Source: an uncultured bacterium (lineage in GTDB: Bacteria > Babelota > Babeliae > Babelales > Babelaceae). Taken from it: a stretch of DNA of 64,000 nucleotides. The notes beneath the pieces were generated by a model. That model searched no databases, was not told the origin of the DNA, and worked only from the letters and a program-made list of their open reading frames with translations. The stretch is from assembly GCA_963722385.1 (NCBI GenBank), contig CAVRKK010000002.1:192001-256000 (forward strand), written 5' to 3'. This document shows positions 48,808 to 59,101 of the stretch, in pieces. Position numbers and translations under genes: made by a program. The stretch's first letter is position 1. The number at the start of each line of letters is the position of its first letter.

Positions 48808-49932
48808 ATGAGGTTCTTGGTGAAATTAAAATTTTTTAAAGTAAACTTTATTCCCCTTGCTCTGATCTCTATCTTTTGTAGCTTAAGCCTTATTGCCAGC
48901 GATCAACAAGACAACGAATTGGAAAGCGTTATTGAAGGCTTAGAAACTCCTACTGCCGGCTTTGCGATGGCTTCTCAGCTTGCTCTGAGCGGACTTAATG
49001 GCTGGAACACGTTTGAATTAGACTCAACCGATGGATTAGATCTTTATAATACCATGCGTAAAAAACTTGGTATGCCCCGCGCTTCTACACTTGACAAGAT
49101 AGACAAAGATTGGCTGTATGAGTTTGCCAAAACCAAGTCAAAGGCGCAAGTGCTACATTCTCAAGATGTTTGTGGGCCGCGCCTGCAGGAACAACAAATA
49201 GCTTTGGAAGCTGCTCGCCTTGTGCATTTCAATCGCCCATTAGCCGCCTTAAGCTTTACCTCTCATGCCAGAAAAGGCGCGGCTTCCATCATGCATGACC
49301 CTGTACAAAACTACATAGTTTTTGCACAACAACCAGATTTAGACATTACCTCGTTTACGGTTTACCATGAGCTCAATCATCTCATACATAATGATACTCT
49401 CAAAGAGGCGTTATTAGAGGATAACCGCGAATACCTTGACTTTCTTACGCAAGAATGCACGTTTATAGCCAGCTTGCACCGGGCGCAACAGTATCTTGAG
49501 CAAGGAGTCCGCTTATTACCGGCGTTACAGAGTACAGCAATCGGCAAGCAACTTGCCAAGCTTTTCATGCAAGCACAACAAAAGGCAGATAACCACGCAT
49601 TGTTTTGGAACATGGCAAGCGATGATGAAGATTATCAGAAAATGCTCTATCTGCGCCAACAAGAAAAGATGGCAGACCTTTTTGCTTGTGATCAATTAAT
49701 GAAGCTCAAAAAATTATCACCCATTCTGGGCTTTTTACAGGTATGGACATTTTCTCATTATTATGCGAAGCCTTTTGTGATTGCTGAGCGTTATAATATT
49801 CATCCTTCGCATACTGAAAGAGCATTGTACATTATAGGTTTACTCGCCGACCATCTTCCTAACCTTGCGCAGGTCATCCAAATCTGGAAAAACACGGGCG
49901 AATGTTCACCTATAGATCCTTTTCGCACCTAG
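48808..49932 (+). CDS. Exported M48-like zinc metalloprotease
   Basis: HELNH, QEKMADLFA, IHPSHTER. Confidence 0.8.
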   Translation: MRFLVKLKFFKVNFIPLALISIFCSLSLIASDQQDNELESVIEGLETPTAGFAMASQLALSGLNGWNTFELDSTDGLDLYNTMRKKLGMPRASTLDKIDKDWLYEFAKTKSKAQVLHSQDVCGPRLQEQQIALEAARLVHFNRPLAALSFTSHARKGAASIMHDPVQNYIVFAQQPDLDITSFTVYHELNHLIHNDTLKEALLEDNREYLDFLTQECTFIASLHRAQQYLEQGVRLLPALQSTAIGKQLAKLFMQAQQKADNHALFWNMASDDEDYQKMLYLRQQEKMADLFACDQLMKLKKLSPILGFLQVWTFSHYYAKPFVIAERYNIHPSHTERALYIIGLLADHLPNLAQVIQIWKNTGECSPIDPFRT

Positions 49933-50013
49933 CAAAATGCCCTTTAAACCCTCCTTCGCTGAGCAAATAGAAGCCGCCAGCCCGCCGGAGGCAATTTTTG
50001 CTTTTCCGCCTTT

Positions 50014-50048
50014 GTCAATGACCCACGATTAAAATCCTGGGCTTCCTT
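50014..50048. mobile_element. Isolated IS200/IS605-type end hairpin
   Basis: GTCAATGACCCACGATTAAAATCCTGGGCTTCC. Confidence 0.5.
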
Positions 50049-50170
50049 GCTCTTCTCGTGATAGAAATGCTATCAAATATTAACTTCAAATGTCGATATT
50101 TTATTTTGTTTGTTATATATTATAAATTATCCTTAGAATAGAATTTTCAAATAGAATCAGACACAACAAG

Positions 50171-50319
50171 AGCCTATCTGAACTAAATTTGTGTGAAGAT
50201 AATGATCTGGAAGGCATCTTGGATTCACGCTATCTTTCCAGCTTGGTAAAATAGCAATTCAGCAGCGACAGTTAACTATTGATGGCTTCATCAACTGAGA
50301 CATCTGGAAAAGCCTTCTT
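50171..50319. repeat. Diverged direct repeat, second copy at 51146-51296
   Basis: Shared CTGAACTAAATTTGTGTGAA, CACGCTATCTTTCC, GCTTGGTAAA, TATTGATGGCTTCATCAA, AAAGCCTTCTT. Confidence 0.8.
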
Positions 50320-50706
50320 CACGCGGGCTAGGGTTACAAGTGTTGGATTAGCACGTCTAGTTTCTAGCTTTTGATAGCTATACAGAGTATTAAAGCCCAT
50401 CTTTTTTGCAGCTTCTTGTTGAGTTAGCCCGTTCAAAATTCTGTTTCGCCTAACCATAAAAGAGAAGGCAATCTGCGGCGACACTGCTACCTCAACAATA
50501 TCTTTTTTCAGTTTAATCGATGCATCAGGCAATGCCGCAAGATCCTTAGACTTCTCGGGTTCTTCTATATAGAGATCGAGAGCTTCCTGCATATTTTTTT
50601 GAAGCTCTTCCATAGTATCACCTTCTGTTATACATCCTAGGAGCTCTATACATCGCGCTGAATAGCCCCCGACTTTTTCTTTCCTTATTTTGAAATGGTA
50701 TTTCAT
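50272..50706 (-). CDS. hicB: HicB antitoxin with C-terminal XRE-type HTH
   Basis: GGYSARCIELLGCITEGDTMEE...EAL; LTQQEAAKKMG..YQKLE..ANPTL. Confidence 0.9.
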   Translation of the reverse strand: MKYHFKIRKEKVGGYSARCIELLGCITEGDTMEELQKNMQEALDLYIEEPEKSKDLAALPDASIKLKKDIVEVAVSPQIAFSFMVRRNRILNGLTQQEAAKKMGFNTLYSYQKLETRRANPTLVTLARVKKAFPDVSVDEAINS

Positions 50707-50906
50707 TTTTTTGTCCCTTCTTTAATGCTTTCTAATAATTTTCTAAAGTCATGCTCTGTACCTGGCTTTAGTTCTTTATGATCAGGAATAATAACAGTAG
50801 GACAATTCTTTTTTTTAAGTTTCATATGACTTCCCTTCCCTCCACTGACAAGCACATAGCCACAATCCTCAAAAAGCTTGCGCATTTTTCTACCACTGAT
50901 AGGCAT
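50703..50906 (-). CDS. hicA: HicA mRNA interferase toxin
   Basis: GKGSH, VIIPDHKELKPGT; ATGA overlap with hicB. Confidence 0.9.
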   Translation of the reverse strand: MPISGRKMRKLFEDCGYVLVSGGKGSHMKLKKKNCPTVIIPDHKELKPGTEHDFRKLLESIKEGTKK

Positions 50907-51428
50907 CGCTACTCTCCACTGTTGCTTCCTCAGTTGTTTATTTTATCTTAACAACTATAGGTGGTAAAATCAAGAACAAAATAACGACAAACTGTTATTT
51001 TCAAAATAATAAGGGTGGCATCTGATACTTGGCAGGAATGCGATCATTCCATATTTTGCACTTTTTGGGCGACACCGTTCCAAGGGTCCAGGGCTTGCTC
51101 GCCGCACAGGCGATAAATTACCTTTGCCGCCTACGCAGAAGCAACAGCCTACTGAACTAAATTTGTGTGAAAATAACGACCTGTAAGGATCTCGGAGTTT
51201 TCAGCACGCTATCTTTCCTGCTTGGTAAAGCAGCAATTGAGCATCGACAGTTTAACTTATTGATGGCTTCATCAAGATACCTGGCAAAGCCTTCTTGATA
51301 ATAAATTGTCTGTCTCTTTTCGTAAACGATCAGCACTTTTAAGATAAACTGTTGCAACCTTTAATTCAAACATGCTATTTTCAAATTATAAATAATTTTA
51401 GTTTTTTAATTAATAAAAGGAGGCCCCC

Positions 51429-52004
51429 ATGATAAAGATAAATCAATTTTTAATTTTGCCTATTCTTGCGGCTGGCTTATCGAACGAGCCCCTCCAGGCT
51501 TTTTCCACGCGAATATGCAACAATACCAAACAACAAATAACGGTCAAACTTCATCCAAGCTTTGGCAATTGTCCGGCAGGTATTGAAGGCCCCTTTACCA
51601 TAAAACCCTCAAGCTCCACAGATTTCCCGTGGAACGATCCCCATTGGCACCCAAAAACCGGAACCTGCCTGCTTCAAAAAGCTGACAATTCTATTGAGGT
51701 TAATGGAGCAGCTCTCTCACGAGGCGATATCACGGTAAATCGTTCATATAACGAACATAGGGGAAGCGAAACCATCACAATCCAGTCAAAACCACATGGC
51801 GGTTTTACCGCAAGCTTATTCGGCCATACCCAAGATTGTGCGTCTCATACTCTTGGTTATGCAACCTGCGCTGACGGCACGACCAACTACATTGGCGTGA
51901 GCAGGAGCCCCTGCTGGAACTGTCGTGTTGCTCGCAGAATTTGTGACGGAGCTCATGGCGGCCTTAAGCCCGGCAGCTGGCCGTCAAATTGCGATGCATG
52001 CTAA
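51429..52004 (+). CDS. Exported cysteine-rich protein
   Basis: RBS AGGAGG; signal peptide; 10 Cys, 7 of them in the last about 55 aa. Confidence 0.8.
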   Translation: MIKINQFLILPILAAGLSNEPLQAFSTRICNNTKQQITVKLHPSFGNCPAGIEGPFTIKPSSSTDFPWNDPHWHPKTGTCLLQKADNSIEVNGAALSRGDITVNRSYNEHRGSETITIQSKPHGGFTASLFGHTQDCASHTLGYATCADGTTNYIGVSRSPCWNCRVARRICDGAHGGLKPGSWPSNCDAC

Positions 52005-52048
52005 CGAACAAAAGGTAGGACCAGATAGCAGCTGCGCTCAGCACCATA

Positions 52049-52741
52049 CTATCTGGCCGATAAGTCTTTCAAGTATAAAGGCAACAGCTGCGGCGCTGTT
52101 TCATGGAGCGTCCAGCGACGCCATGCCTGAGCATATAAAGCCTTCATCGAGCAGAGATTGGGCACATTCTCAGGTATAATAATGCGGCAGCCAAATTGAT
52201 TAAGAAGCGCTGAACGGTGTAAAAGTACGCCATTACCGACACACGTAGCTAATGGCATTTCCGAAGCAGCAGTCATCTCTAGAAGATTTTCAAGAAGCTT
52301 GATAAATTCAAAAATAGACAGACAGCCGATCTCTACCGCTTGGTTATTATTGTTATACGCAGCAAAATAAACATCATTGCAGAAAGCGTTAAGCAGCACA
52401 ACAAGGTAAGGCGTGTTAACTTTTTCGCGCTGCTCTTCTACAAAAGCAGTTAATCCATCAACACCCACCAATGGCAGCCCTGTTGCGTAGGCAAGGCCAT
52501 TGAGCGTCGATAACGAAACGCGCAACGTGGTAAAGGGCGCCGGGCCGACGTGGCCCGCCAAAAAAGAACAGCAACTCAGCGAAAGACTATTACGGCTTAA
52601 AAGAAGGTCCGTTGCGATAAGAAGGTCGCGACTCGCTTGATGCTTGGGCACGCTATACGTGTCGACAATATTCTGCTCGTAAGCAAGCGCGAGGTCTACG
52701 TGAGTGTAGCCGCTATGGTATGCTAACCCTATATGGCTCAT
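52049..52741 (-). CDS. tsaB: tRNA threonylcarbamoyladenosine biosynthesis protein TsaB
   Basis: GPAPFTTLRV..STLNGLAYATGLPLVGV; LPLYLK. Confidence 0.88.
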   Translation of the reverse strand: MSHIGLAYHSGYTHVDLALAYEQNIVDTYSVPKHQASRDLLIATDLLLSRNSLSLSCCSFLAGHVGPAPFTTLRVSLSTLNGLAYATGLPLVGVDGLTAFVEEQREKVNTPYLVVLLNAFCNDVYFAAYNNNNQAVEIGCLSIFEFIKLLENLLEMTAASEMPLATCVGNGVLLHRSALLNQFGCRIIIPENVPNLCSMKALYAQAWRRWTLHETAPQLLPLYLKDLSAR

Positions 52742-52761
52742 GCAAGCATTTTTCTCCCATG

Positions 52762-52944
52762 CTAATGGTTGCGATTCTTATATTTTTGCTGCTGGTAAAA
52801 AAGGCTAAAGGCATCATACTCGATAGTCTTTTCCTTCTTGGCTATAATTTTACCACAATTTAAGCATTTCCACCCTTCAAAGTTAAGAAAGTGATCAAAA
52901 AAAGACTGTAGTACCATAAGCCCAGAGCACTTCGAGCATCGCAT
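52762..52944 (-). CDS. Small zinc-ribbon protein
   Basis: MRCSKCSGLM...WKCLNCG; strong RBS GGGAGAGGG. Confidence 0.7.
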   Translation of the reverse strand: MRCSKCSGLMVLQSFFDHFLNFEGWKCLNCGKIIAKKEKTIEYDAFSLFYQQQKYKNRNH

Positions 52945-53154
52945 ACATTCCCTCTCCCTTATCCATCCACCTCAGATCTCATAAGCCCATATTAAAAAGA
53001 AAATCTAAAAAACGCATTACCGGGTTGTCAACAAGAAAGTAGAGATAAGTATTGGCCAGAGGTATTAAAAGGCCAAGCAAGCAGTCCGCCTTGTTATTCA
53101 CCTGAGCAGGACGGCTACTTGCGCACAAAAAAACCGAGAAACCTTTTGTCATCG

Positions 53155-53583
53155 CTAAGAATGGTCGTTTTCTTGCGATTGCTGGTGCGATAAAAAGGTT
53201 AAATAAGAATCGAGAATAAAGGCAGCAGCGATCGAATGAGATTTTCGCTTTTCTTCGGGTGTCCGTATGCGACGAAGCGTCTCAGTTCTTTTACTACTTA
53301 AACGCTCATCCCACAAAAGGAACATAACGTGCGGAAAGCGGTGCTTTAGTGCTTCATATTCATTAAGCACATGCTGCGTCTGCTCGCTCACCGTCCCCCG
53401 CAGCGTTTTGGGATAGCCTATAACAATAGCTTCGATGCGCTCTTGCTCGATTATGCGCTCAAGAAAGATCTCAAGCTGTGGGCGCTCAACAGTAATATGC
53501 GGTTGGGCGATTATTTTGAGGCTATCAGAGAGCGCCGTACCCACCCAGCGCGCGCCCAGATCAAGCGCAAGAATCTTGCCCAT
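53155..53583 (-). CDS. ruvX: YqgF/RuvX pre-16S rRNA nuclease
   Basis: ILALDLG..GTALSD, IVIGYP, WDERLSS, AAAFIL. Confidence 0.93.
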   Translation of the reverse strand: MGKILALDLGARWVGTALSDSLKIIAQPHITVERPQLEIFLERIIEQERIEAIVIGYPKTLRGTVSEQTQHVLNEYEALKHRFPHVMFLLWDERLSSKRTETLRRIRTPEEKRKSHSIAAAFILDSYLTFLSHQQSQENDHS

Positions 53584-53675
53584 GCAATCCTTTCCAAAAT
53601 CAACATAAATCTTTATACTGGAAAACAGTCTAACAACAATTCGGTTCTGTCGCCAGACAGCTTAAGGGAGCACTC

Positions 53676-55040
53676 ATGCCTTCATTCGACCTCAATCTGA
53701 TAGTGCAGCGCATTGATGAGTGGATGTGGGGATGGCCACTCCTTGGCTTTGTTATTGTCGTTGGGGTAGTTTTAACAGGAGCATTGCGGTTTGTACAGTT
53801 TCGCTATTTTTTTTCCTCATGGCGGTACGTTATCCGGCCTGAATCAGGTGGTAAACGAAGTGAAAATTACATCACGCCTTTCCAAGCATTTTTAAACACG
53901 CTCAGCTCAAGCATCGGTAATGGCAGCGCAGCAGGTATGTCAACCGCCGTTGTCGGTGGTGGCCCTGGCGCAGCCTTTTGGATATTTGTGCTTGGTTTCT
54001 TGTACATGGCTATTCGTTATGCGGAAGTTTACGCAAGCATGGAATTCCAAGAAACGACGCCAGCAGGCGTAACCCGCGGCGGTCCCATGGTCTATCTCAA
54101 ACGGGTGCCCGGCGGCGCTATTCTTGCGTATTTATATGCATTTTTTTGCTTGTCATTAGCCTTTGTCACGGGAAACGCAATCCAATGCAATTCGATTACC
54201 TTGGGCATCCAGCGATTGACCGGTATCAATCCAATTTTTATAGCAATTACTCTCTTTGGATTACTGCTCTATATCATGTTTGGCGGCGCAACACGGATCA
54301 TTAAAGTCTCTGAAAGAATCGTACCGATCAAGGTTGGCTTGTTTTTTGTAGCTACGCTTATTGTTCTTGTCTACCATTATCAAGCTCTCTTGCCTACGCT
54401 CAAGCTCATGCTTGCCTACGCATTAACGCCCAAGGCAATGGCGGGCGGCCTGATCGGCTTTTCGGTCCAACAAGCAATTCGCTTCGGTATGTCACGGTCG
54501 CTGAATGCAACAGAAGCAGGCCTTGGCACTGCCGCTATCTTGTATGGCGCAACTCGTGGGACACACCCGGTGGAAAACAGCCTTATGTCCATGGTATCGG
54601 CATTCATCACGAGCTATCTTGTTTGCTTCACGCTCATGGTTGTGCTGGTAGCCTCTGGCGTCTGGAACAGTGGGCTGGTAAGTACGCAGCTTACAATGGC
54701 TGCTTATGAAACAGTTTTTGGCACCTTTGGCGGCGTCGTGGTTGCCTTCTTGACCATCAGTTTCGGCCTCGGCGTATTGGTCGCCTATGCTTACATCGGT
54801 CGTGAATGCTGGCTTTACCTAACAAAAGGCCGCTTTCTTTTAGCCTATACGCTCATTTATTGCTTAATGGCGTTCTGGGGCTCTCTATCAAAGGTTGATC
54901 TTGTGTGGAACGCTACAGCGATCATCAATGCAGGACTCGTAGCGGTTAACCTGTTTGGCCTGCTCTGTTTGACGCCGAGCATACGAAAAGGCCTGTTTGC
55001 CTGGGAAAAAAGTCGTGCTCACGGCAAAAGCGACGCTTAA
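53676..55040 (+). CDS. Alanine/glycine:cation symporter (AGCS family), second paralog
   Basis: TPFQA, IGNG, GGPGAAFW, GGPMVYL, EAGLGTA. Confidence 0.93.
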   Translation: MPSFDLNLIVQRIDEWMWGWPLLGFVIVVGVVLTGALRFVQFRYFFSSWRYVIRPESGGKRSENYITPFQAFLNTLSSSIGNGSAAGMSTAVVGGGPGAAFWIFVLGFLYMAIRYAEVYASMEFQETTPAGVTRGGPMVYLKRVPGGAILAYLYAFFCLSLAFVTGNAIQCNSITLGIQRLTGINPIFIAITLFGLLLYIMFGGATRIIKVSERIVPIKVGLFFVATLIVLVYHYQALLPTLKLMLAYALTPKAMAGGLIGFSVQQAIRFGMSRSLNATEAGLGTAAILYGATRGTHPVENSLMSMVSAFITSYLVCFTLMVVLVASGVWNSGLVSTQLTMAAYETVFGTFGGVVVAFLTISFGLGVLVAYAYIGRECWLYLTKGRFLLAYTLIYCLMAFWGSLSKVDLVWNATAIINAGLVAVNLFGLLCLTPSIRKGLFAWEKSRAHGKSDA

Positions 55041-57181
55041 TTGCCACCAAGCGCCTGCACAATGTGGTCAACGGCAATAATGCCTCCTGCTGGTTCCTGC
55101 GCATACAGCGCCGGCAAATGGGGCAGGGACAAGCGCCGGCTTTTGTTCTGAATGAGCCCCTTAGCAAGGTCAGGCGGTGGCGGATTTTGATTATCCCATA
55201 CCATGGTGTACGTTGCATGATCATGTGTCAGCCGCACCCCATTAACAAGCTGAGCTGGCGTTGGCACACCATTAAACAGAATTACATCGGTAAACGTGTC
55301 AGACTTTACCGACGGCTTAAGATCGTTGGCACAGGTAAGTTTTTTAATAATAACAAGCTTTGAGACACCCAATCCAACACAGGGAAAGAAGCAGTCGATA
55401 ATCTCCGAAAGCGTATGCTGAGGCGCTTGTAGCTCAGCAATTACATGGGCTGCCTTGCCAGGAATATATGAAACGACTAAGGGGAAAGGCGCCATGTGCT
55501 CAACAATCAGAGCAGGTATTTCGTGTGAACTCAAGAGAAGAATCTCTTTTTCAGGTTCCAAGGTTATTGGCTTGTTGGCTGATGTGCTTTCCAGGCGAAG
55601 AAAAGCATCAGTACCATCGATAACATCAAATGATAGCGCACGCGGCAAGCGTATTGAACTCAGATTATTGACTTCACTCGCTAGAAATGGCCTTTTTGCG
55701 CCAGGAGCATGGTTTCGATGCGCTGGGTTAACGCTCTGCAAGAGCTCATGAATTAAAGAAGCACTTGGCTTCTTAATCCGTGCTTTGGCGAAAAAAAGAG
55801 GAAAATCATAGAGCGTATCAAGCCTCAATGTGCGCTTTTCCCAATCAATTAATTGATCAAGCGATGCTCTTTTGACCGAACGGCAATCTAACCGAAGCAC
55901 AGGCGTGGCATTGAACGCTGGTGCTTCGACAAGCGTATCGGCCAAAACCGTGTACGAAAGGTCAAGGTGCTCAAAAGCCTTGATAAATTGCATGCCACCA
56001 GCCGAGCAGCTTGAGTAATGCACGAGACCCGTATTGAGAGACTCATCGAGGTAAAGAAGAAATCGTCTAAATTGATCAAGACTTAAGCCAACAATACGGT
56101 TTGCCTTCTCAAGCTCTTCTTCGTGTTTGAGGCAGGACCTGAGTGACCTTTTGGAGGCCTCATAAGCAGCTTGTTTCTTTTCACGTTTGAGTTGCTCAAC
56201 TCTTTTAGTGAGCGTCTTCACTTTTCGCCGCACGGGCCCAAGCAACGCATAAGCCTCATCGGAATAAGTCCCATGCCCCATAACATAAAAAGCCCAACGA
56301 TTTCTTAAGTTTTCGGGTATTTCTTTATTATCAATGAAAAGCAGCGGCAATGTCTTAAGAAGTGCCTCTTGATACCTACTCGCAACATCTGGCATGAGGT
56401 GCCTGATGCGAAGAGGCTCCGTTAAATCGTTAAAATGGTCTACTTTAAGTCCTAATGCAATTTCACGCGATGACAAGCCAGGTATATGCGGCGTATTATG
56501 AGCATGCTGTAGGGAGCTCTTAGGTAGAAAGAGGTAAAATGGAAGCTGAGAATCAACTGCTACTTCTTTAATCTGGTACTTATCAAGAGGTACATATGAA
56601 CTTAAAAGATAAAGCGACAGCTCAAACCATGGCCGAGAAGGCGCTCGCCTGATACTGGTCGGTGCATGAGCAGGGTCAAAGATAGGGTTTTCCGTCAGCA
56701 GTTGCTTTATTTTGTCGTGCGAGGCACCATCTGCCAGGGACTCAGTTATGGCAAGGTATCGCTCTTTTATAAGGCGGCATTGCTCCTGGAATATTTTAAG
56801 GTCACGCTTAGTCCTAAAGCGGTTATGGGCACCATACTTCTGGTAAAGGTATGAGATATCGCCGGCCTGCGTTACGTCGTCAAACAGGTTTTTATGCTCA
56901 AGAATGACGTTCCATAAATGGGCGGGAACCAGAACAGGAACCTCCTGATATAGTGCGGTGAGCAAGAGATTTGACACGGCGCCAAGGCCTATGGGCTTCA
57001 TAAGGTCATGTGCCTCCTGGTCCAACGTCAAGGCAATGTTTTCGTTGTCACCATATTCTGAGAGAATCAAGAGCTCTTGGGTACTTCCCACAAAAGCGCC
57101 TACCGGTATATTTTGTGCCAAAAATATACCAAGCAGCAAGATAGCACGTGTTTTTGTAAGCATATTTCGGTAATCTATCAT
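55037..57181 (-). CDS. Large exported hypothetical protein
   Basis: 714 aa; signal peptide; YVMGHG and YSSCSAGG could be a caspase/CHAT-like His-Cys pair (weak). Confidence 0.75.
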   Translation of the reverse strand: MIDYRNMLTKTRAILLLGIFLAQNIPVGAFVGSTQELLILSEYGDNENIALTLDQEAHDLMKPIGLGAVSNLLLTALYQEVPVLVPAHLWNVILEHKNLFDDVTQAGDISYLYQKYGAHNRFRTKRDLKIFQEQCRLIKERYLAITESLADGASHDKIKQLLTENPIFDPAHAPTSIRRAPSRPWFELSLYLLSSYVPLDKYQIKEVAVDSQLPFYLFLPKSSLQHAHNTPHIPGLSSREIALGLKVDHFNDLTEPLRIRHLMPDVASRYQEALLKTLPLLFIDNKEIPENLRNRWAFYVMGHGTYSDEAYALLGPVRRKVKTLTKRVEQLKREKKQAAYEASKRSLRSCLKHEEELEKANRIVGLSLDQFRRFLLYLDESLNTGLVHYSSCSAGGMQFIKAFEHLDLSYTVLADTLVEAPAFNATPVLRLDCRSVKRASLDQLIDWEKRTLRLDTLYDFPLFFAKARIKKPSASLIHELLQSVNPAHRNHAPGAKRPFLASEVNNLSSIRLPRALSFDVIDGTDAFLRLESTSANKPITLEPEKEILLLSSHEIPALIVEHMAPFPLVVSYIPGKAAHVIAELQAPQHTLSEIIDCFFPCVGLGVSKLVIIKKLTCANDLKPSVKSDTFTDVILFNGVPTPAQLVNGVRLTHDHATYTMVWDNQNPPPPDLAKGLIQNKSRRLSLPHLPALYAQEPAGGIIAVDHIVQALGGN

Positions 57182-57304
57182 GTGAGTATTTTCTCGCCTG
57201 AGTGTTTTAAATGGCTAACTAGAAATAATTTAAAATTAATTACATATTGATTATTATACCTGAAATATAATTTTTGAAAAGTTTTTTGCCGAAACGGTTA
57301 CCCG

Positions 57305-58735
57305 ATGAACAACAAAATTGAGCTGCCCCGTATTTTCCCGGTCGCCTGCCATACGGATAACATTGGACCAGGTAGCATTTTTGTGGCGGTCAAAGGCATG
57401 AAGGAAAATGGGGTAGCGTACTTGCCTAAAGCGCTGGAGCGAGGCGCGCGTACATTTGTTGTCCCGCAGGACGCGCAGATTGATCAACATATTCTTGGGC
57501 AGATTTATGCACAAGGAGGCCGCATTTTATCGGTCGCCGACACACGTCATGCGCTGGCCGAGCTCAGTGCATTAATGCTCGGCAAACCTGCTTCCAAGCT
57601 AAAAATAATAGCCATAACGGGTACCAAGGGAAAAACGACGACGGCATTTTTGCTGGAGCATCTCCTCAAGAATACTGGGTATAAGGTAGCGCTCTTAAGC
57701 AGCGTCGAAAACCGTATTTTTCTCAAGAACTTCCCGGCCCATTTAACAACGCATCACCCCGACTATCTTCATGCTTTTTTCGATCTTTGCGTGCGCGCAG
57801 GTGTTGAATGGGTGGTGATGGAGGTTGCCGCGCAGGCGGTTAGCTTAAAGCGGGTCGCTGGCCTCGCATTTGATGCAGTTATTTTTACTAATTTCAGCAA
57901 AGAGCATGGTGAATTTTATACGAGTATTGATGATTATTTTGCCGCAAAAAAGTCTTTACTCGGGCAGGTTAACCCTGACGGGCTTGTCCTGCTTAACCGT
58001 GACGACGCGGATGTAGCGTCGCTTTCCCAGAGCTTTTGCCGGACCAAGCTTTTTACCCTCGAGTCACCTTCAGCCGATCTTACCGCATCATTAATCAAAA
58101 GCGATATTATGGGTCTTCAAGGAAACCTAACACTCAATGATGAAGAAGCATACCTGCAGGTGCCCAACCTCATGGGGAAATATAATCTGTATAACATTGC
58201 GGCTGCAACTTTGTGCGCATCGGCACTTGGTATCGATATGTGCTCAATCAAGCAGGCATTAGCCTATTTTCCTGGGGTGCCAGGGCGCTTAAATAGATAT
58301 AACTTGCCCAATGGCGCGTACGCCTTTATTGATCAAGCGCCCAATCCCGTCTCATTTGAGGCAACGTTGAGCACCCTAAGTAATTTGACCTCGCACTTAA
58401 TAGTTGTTTTCGGTGCAGGTGGTGACCGTGACCCATCCCGACGGCCGCTCATGGGCGCTGTTGCCGCGAAATATGGGGATGTGCTCGTGCTAACTACCGA
58501 TAACCCTCGCTCAGAAGATCCAGCGACTATCATCGAGCAGATTTGCCAAGGAATACCAGCCAGTTGTGAGTATACCATTGAGCTTGATCGCGAAAAGGCA
58601 ATTCGCTTTGCCTATCAACAATCAAGCGCGCAGAGTATTATTGCGCTCCTGGGTAAAGGCCCGGAGCGATATCAGATTGTTAAAGGGGTCAAAATTCCGT
58701 TCAGTGAGCCGACAATACTTGAAAGTCTGAAGTAA
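57305..58735 (+). CDS. murE: UDP-MurNAc-tripeptide synthetase
   Basis: ITGTKGKTT, MEV, GRL, VFGAGGDRD, DNPR (DAP-type motif), DREKAI. Confidence 0.92.
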   Translation: MNNKIELPRIFPVACHTDNIGPGSIFVAVKGMKENGVAYLPKALERGARTFVVPQDAQIDQHILGQIYAQGGRILSVADTRHALAELSALMLGKPASKLKIIAITGTKGKTTTAFLLEHLLKNTGYKVALLSSVENRIFLKNFPAHLTTHHPDYLHAFFDLCVRAGVEWVVMEVAAQAVSLKRVAGLAFDAVIFTNFSKEHGEFYTSIDDYFAAKKSLLGQVNPDGLVLLNRDDADVASLSQSFCRTKLFTLESPSADLTASLIKSDIMGLQGNLTLNDEEAYLQVPNLMGKYNLYNIAAATLCASALGIDMCSIKQALAYFPGVPGRLNRYNLPNGAYAFIDQAPNPVSFEATLSTLSNLTSHLIVVFGAGGDRDPSRRPLMGAVAAKYGDVLVLTTDNPRSEDPATIIEQICQGIPASCEYTIELDREKAIRFAYQQSSAQSIIALLGKGPERYQIVKGVKIPFSEPTILESLK

Positions 58736-58873
58736 ACTTGCAAAAGAATTTGCTTGATTAAGAATAACGCAGATGCCATCATAAAGGGGCAAAATACATT
58801 TATTGGTTGCAAAATCACGCATTTTAATGATATACTTAATTCTGTCAAGAAAATCTAAAACAATAGGAAGTAC

Positions 58874-59101
58874 ATGGCATCATCAATTAAGTTATCAGAA
58901 AGTATCATGTCGGACGCAAAAATTATGGCCAAGGTTTACAACCGCTCAGTAGCCGGCCAAATAGAATATTGGGCCAAAATAGGCAAAATTGTTGAAGACA
59001 ATCCCGAGTTAACATACGAATTTATTAAAGATATACTCATCGCACAAAATGAGGCACTCATGGGGAAGCGTGAACCATATATCTTTAACCAGAGAAAATA
59101 A
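58874..59101 (+). CDS. ParD-like antitoxin
   Basis: SIKLS...RSVAGQIEYWAKIGK..EDNPEL; overlaps the toxin start. Confidence 0.85.
   Translation: MASSIKLSESIMSDAKIMAKVYNRSVAGQIEYWAKIGKIVEDNPELTYEFIKDILIAQNEALMGKREPYIFNQRK

Noticed and set aside
53064..53125. Imperfect hairpin between ruvX and the zinc-ribbon gene, as SRP/6S RNA or a riboswitch
   Set aside because: No diagnostic motif recognised; could be a simple terminator or leader.
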